Assembly: GCA_030141605.1 (NCBI GenBank) | Contig: JAQGDQ010000123.1 | Span: 186,001-250,000, forward strand | Length of the DNA: 64,000 nucleotides | Reading direction: 5' to 3' | Source of the DNA: Tubiluchus corallicola | Lineage: Eukaryota; Animalia; Priapulida | Part shown: in pieces, positions 63,001-64,000 of the stretch | How positions within the stretch are numbered: position 1 is the stretch's first letter | Layout of the letters: each line of letters starts with the position of its first letter | Notes under the pieces: generated by a model | The model's database searches: none | Told to the model about the DNA's origin: nothing | Seen by the model: the letters and a program-made list of their open reading frames with translations, nothing else | Position numbers and translations under genes: made by a program

Positions 63001-64000
63001 GTGGATTTGCCAGCTGCGGTATTATATGGAAGAAGAAAAGTGCATAGTGCGCATGATCACTACTAGTGTTGCTTATGGTTATGAATATTTGGGCAATTCA
63101 AGTCGTCTAGTTATTACACCACTTACTGACCGTTGCTATCGGTTAGTCTTTATGATTTTTTACATTTGTTATTTATTATGTTCTAGTTTGGATCATATGC
63201 TATTTTATGTGTTTGGAGATGCAACGTTAGCGTCCAAAAAAACTTTGAAGTGTTTTAGAAGAAGTTTGTGATTTGTCAGTGGGTCTTAATTGCTGCAAAT
63301 TTTTCTCATTAATCTAGATTTTTGGTCTAGATTATCTAGAAAAACAGAATAAAACTCGTAACGGTGTACATTGAAAAGTAGCAGTGCACGTTGAAAAGTA
63401 GCAGTGTACGTTATAAAGTAGTAGTGCACGTTGAAAAGTAACAGTGTACATTCAAAAGTAGCAGTGTACGCTGAAAAGTAACAGTGTACATTGAAAAGCA
63501 GCAGTGCACGTTGAAAAGTAGCAGTGTACGTTGAAAAGTAACAGTGTACATTGAAAAGTAGCAGTGCACGTTGAAAAGTAACAGTGTACATTGAAAAATA
63601 AGAGTTAAAGTTGAAAAGTAGCAGTATACTTTTGCAGGACACTAATGGGTGCATTGAGATTGAATCTAGGCGGAGCGCCAGAAGGTCCCGCCGGAACTGG
63701 AAAGACTGAAACTTGCAAAGACTTGGCAAAAGCTGTTGCTAAACAGGTCTGTAGTGAAACAAATTTTTTTGATGGGGCACATCGTTTTTTTCTCACTTTT
63801 TTTGTAGAACTTTTAACAATAATCATGCATTTAATTATCACCAGCACTTTTTTGTTTGCCCAGCTTGACATTTGTGGTGCACTAATGCCTTTTCTATCAC
63901 TAGTGTGTGGTTTTTAACTGTTCTGAGGGCTTGGATTACAAAGCCATGGGAAAGTTCTTTAAGGGTTTAGCACAGGCTGGAGCATGGTCGTGCTTTGATG
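25685..64000 (+). CDS. DNAH3: Axonemal inner-arm dynein heavy chain 3 orthologue (N-terminal tail, linker, start of AAA1); continues beyond window
   Basis: 28 phase-consistent exons: 25685-25956, 26789-26909, 27215-27404, 27826-27901, 28960-29079, 29983-30108, 38403-38598, 39385-39564, 39801-39940, 44642-44747, 45338-45516, 46137-46230, 49821-49911, 50399-50589, 51526-51757, 52424-52609, 54048-54165, 54465-54579, 56107-56277, 57096-57221, 58530-58666, 60085-60286, 60865-60924, 61670-61816, 62285-62399, 62943-63141, 63638-63746, 63904-64000. DNAH3-type motifs [39 protein letters not shown]; linker [17 protein letters not shown]; P-loop GPAGTGKT; [11 protein letters not shown]. Start codon uncertain (ATG 25700 or an upstream exon). 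Confidence 0.92.
26108..26300. mobile_element. Short inverted-repeat element with internal degenerate TTAGGG array (family of 4 copies in window)
   Basis: TTTACAATTCCTCAC...(GGGTTA-like)n...GGGGAATTGTAAACTCCTTCC. Same design at ~37645-37789 and, reversed, twice at 44933-45300. Confidence 0.75.
30353..36929 (+). mobile_element. Decayed Dada-like (DUF6729-type) DDE DNA transposon, containing a nested Copia element
   Basis: Coding relics: [37 protein letters not shown] (~33409-33520), [17 protein letters not shown] (~33878-33930), [18 protein letters not shown] and LWFYLPHP (~34897-35040), KLAGAAAGT...[16 protein letters not shown] (~35690-35777), [44 protein letters not shown] (to ~36210). 11-bp subterminal inverted repeat GCAATTGAGCA 30388-30398 / TGCTCAATTGC 36883-36893. 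Candidate TSD CTGGTAG/CTGGCAG. Superfamily name is from recalled motifs. Confidence 0.7.
30858..32731 (-). mobile_element. Internally deleted Ty1/Copia LTR element, GalEa-like
   Basis: LTRs 30858-30984 and 32612-32731 (minus strand TGTTAA...TTTTCA), flanked by TAAC on both sides. PBS TGGCAGCAGAG (one mismatch to the tRNA-iMet complement). Relics of Gag ([12 protein letters not shown]), RT ([17 protein letters not shown]) and RNase H ([11 protein letters not shown]) in Copia order. Confidence 0.85.
36922..36994 (+). ncRNA. tRNA-like (pseudo-tRNA/SINE-head) sequence at the right end of the Dada-like element
   Basis: A-box-like TAGCGCACCTGGCAGA, T-arm TCTGG-TTCAAAT-CCCGA (B box), CTGGTCC-A, then a T5 run at 36990-36994. 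Anticodon arm imperfect; isotype not assignable. Confidence 0.5.
37410..37939. mobile_element. hAT-like MITE (TAGG...CTA ends, TTCGAA-rich) with nested TTAGGG-array element; inverted sister copy at ~39957-40342
   Basis: Ends TAGGAGGTGAGCATT ... AATGCTCATCTCTA. GGTGAGCATTCTCTACCAGAA (37416-37436) is the exact reverse complement of 40321-40341, and colinear inverted similarity runs over ~380 bp. Confidence 0.7.
39957..40342. mobile_element. hAT-like MITE copy, inverted relative to 37410-37939 and lacking its TTAGGG insert
   Basis: Reverse-complement matches include GAACCTAAAATT, CTTCAAC, AATTTAGCTG, ATTTCTGTGCAT, TTTTTAAACA and TTCTGGTAGAGAATGCTCACC. Confidence 0.7.
40780..43050 (+). mobile_element. 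Degenerate non-LTR retrotransposon (LINE ORF2: RT and C-terminal zinc knuckle)
   Basis: A-rich strand with interrupted frames: [50 protein letters not shown] (RT active site), [16 protein letters not shown]. Many stops and frameshifts. Confidence 0.8.
44918..45311. repeat. Near-identical ~195-bp tandem duplication of a CCCTAA-array element
   Basis: Units start at 44918 and 45113 and differ by one extra CCCTAA and one substitution (ATTGCCC/ATTCCCC). Confidence 0.92.
46745..47286. mobile_element. Tc1/mariner-type MITE, copy A
   Basis: TACAGTATCCGTCGTTTA ... TTAAGCGGCACCTACTATA ends with repeated (A)ACTGACTCAA motifs; inverted relative to copy B. Confidence 0.6.
47900..48848. mobile_element. 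Tc1/mariner-type MITE, copy B (longer, inverted relative to copy A)
   Basis: TACTGTAGGCGCCGCTTAA start. Its right end (GGAAAAATATTGAGTCAATTA..., TTTGAATAGAA, GAGTCTATTA) is the reverse complement of 46770-46890. Confidence 0.6.
51052..51172. repeat. Compound (TA)n/(TATG)n/(TACA)n microsatellite
   Basis: Directly visible. Confidence 0.9.
52891..54936. repeat. Highly similar ~134-bp direct repeats (52891-53024 and 54802-54936) in neighbouring introns
   Basis: TTGCATATTAAAAAT.TCAATGCCCGAAGAATGCCAGCTAATCACCAATAAATG...GTTTGCATCA.GGTCTT with only a handful of differences. Confidence 0.9.
57771..58333. mobile_element. hAT-like MITE with 20-bp TIRs
   Basis: TAGGCCTGTAATGATACATC ... GATGTATCATTACAGCCCTA (19/20 inverted match). 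8-bp TSD not preserved. Confidence 0.75.
63361..63628. repeat. 20-bp minisatellite (RCAGTGYACRTTGAAAAGTA), ~13 copies, abutting a splice acceptor
   Basis: Directly visible units. The last unit ends 9 bp before the exon at 63638. Confidence 0.93.

Noticed and set aside
63019-63030. QLRYYM instead of the usual QLRYYW in the dynein linker, as a sign of pseudogenisation
   Set aside because: Single substitution; all 28 exons are stop-free and phase-consistent and the P-loop is intact.
63286-63729. 147-aa repetitive minus-strand ORF
   Set aside because: Translation of the 20-bp minisatellite, antisense to a dynein exon.

Overview
AT-rich, intron-rich animal (invertebrate-like) genomic DNA, not prokaryotic. 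It holds the last 10 coding exons of a GH31 alpha-glucosidase (+, to 13461). One 6.8-kb intron of that gene contains a 24-bp minisatellite with a 288-bp higher-order repeat and two intronless antisense class-A GPCR genes. A near-complete but damaged Ty3/Gypsy LTR element follows (18117-22824, 5-bp TSD). The first 28 recognisable coding exons of an axonemal dynein heavy chain, a DNAH3 orthologue, run from 25685 to the window end (+), with two probable GC-AG introns. Its introns carry a LINE relic, several MITE/Helentron-like families and the most notable signal: a decayed Dada-like (DUF6729-type) DNA transposon (~30353-36929). This element has symmetric subterminal inverted repeats, appears to split a ~73-nt tRNA-like target, and itself hosts a GalEa-like Copia element. 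All homology calls come from remembered motifs; no searches were run.
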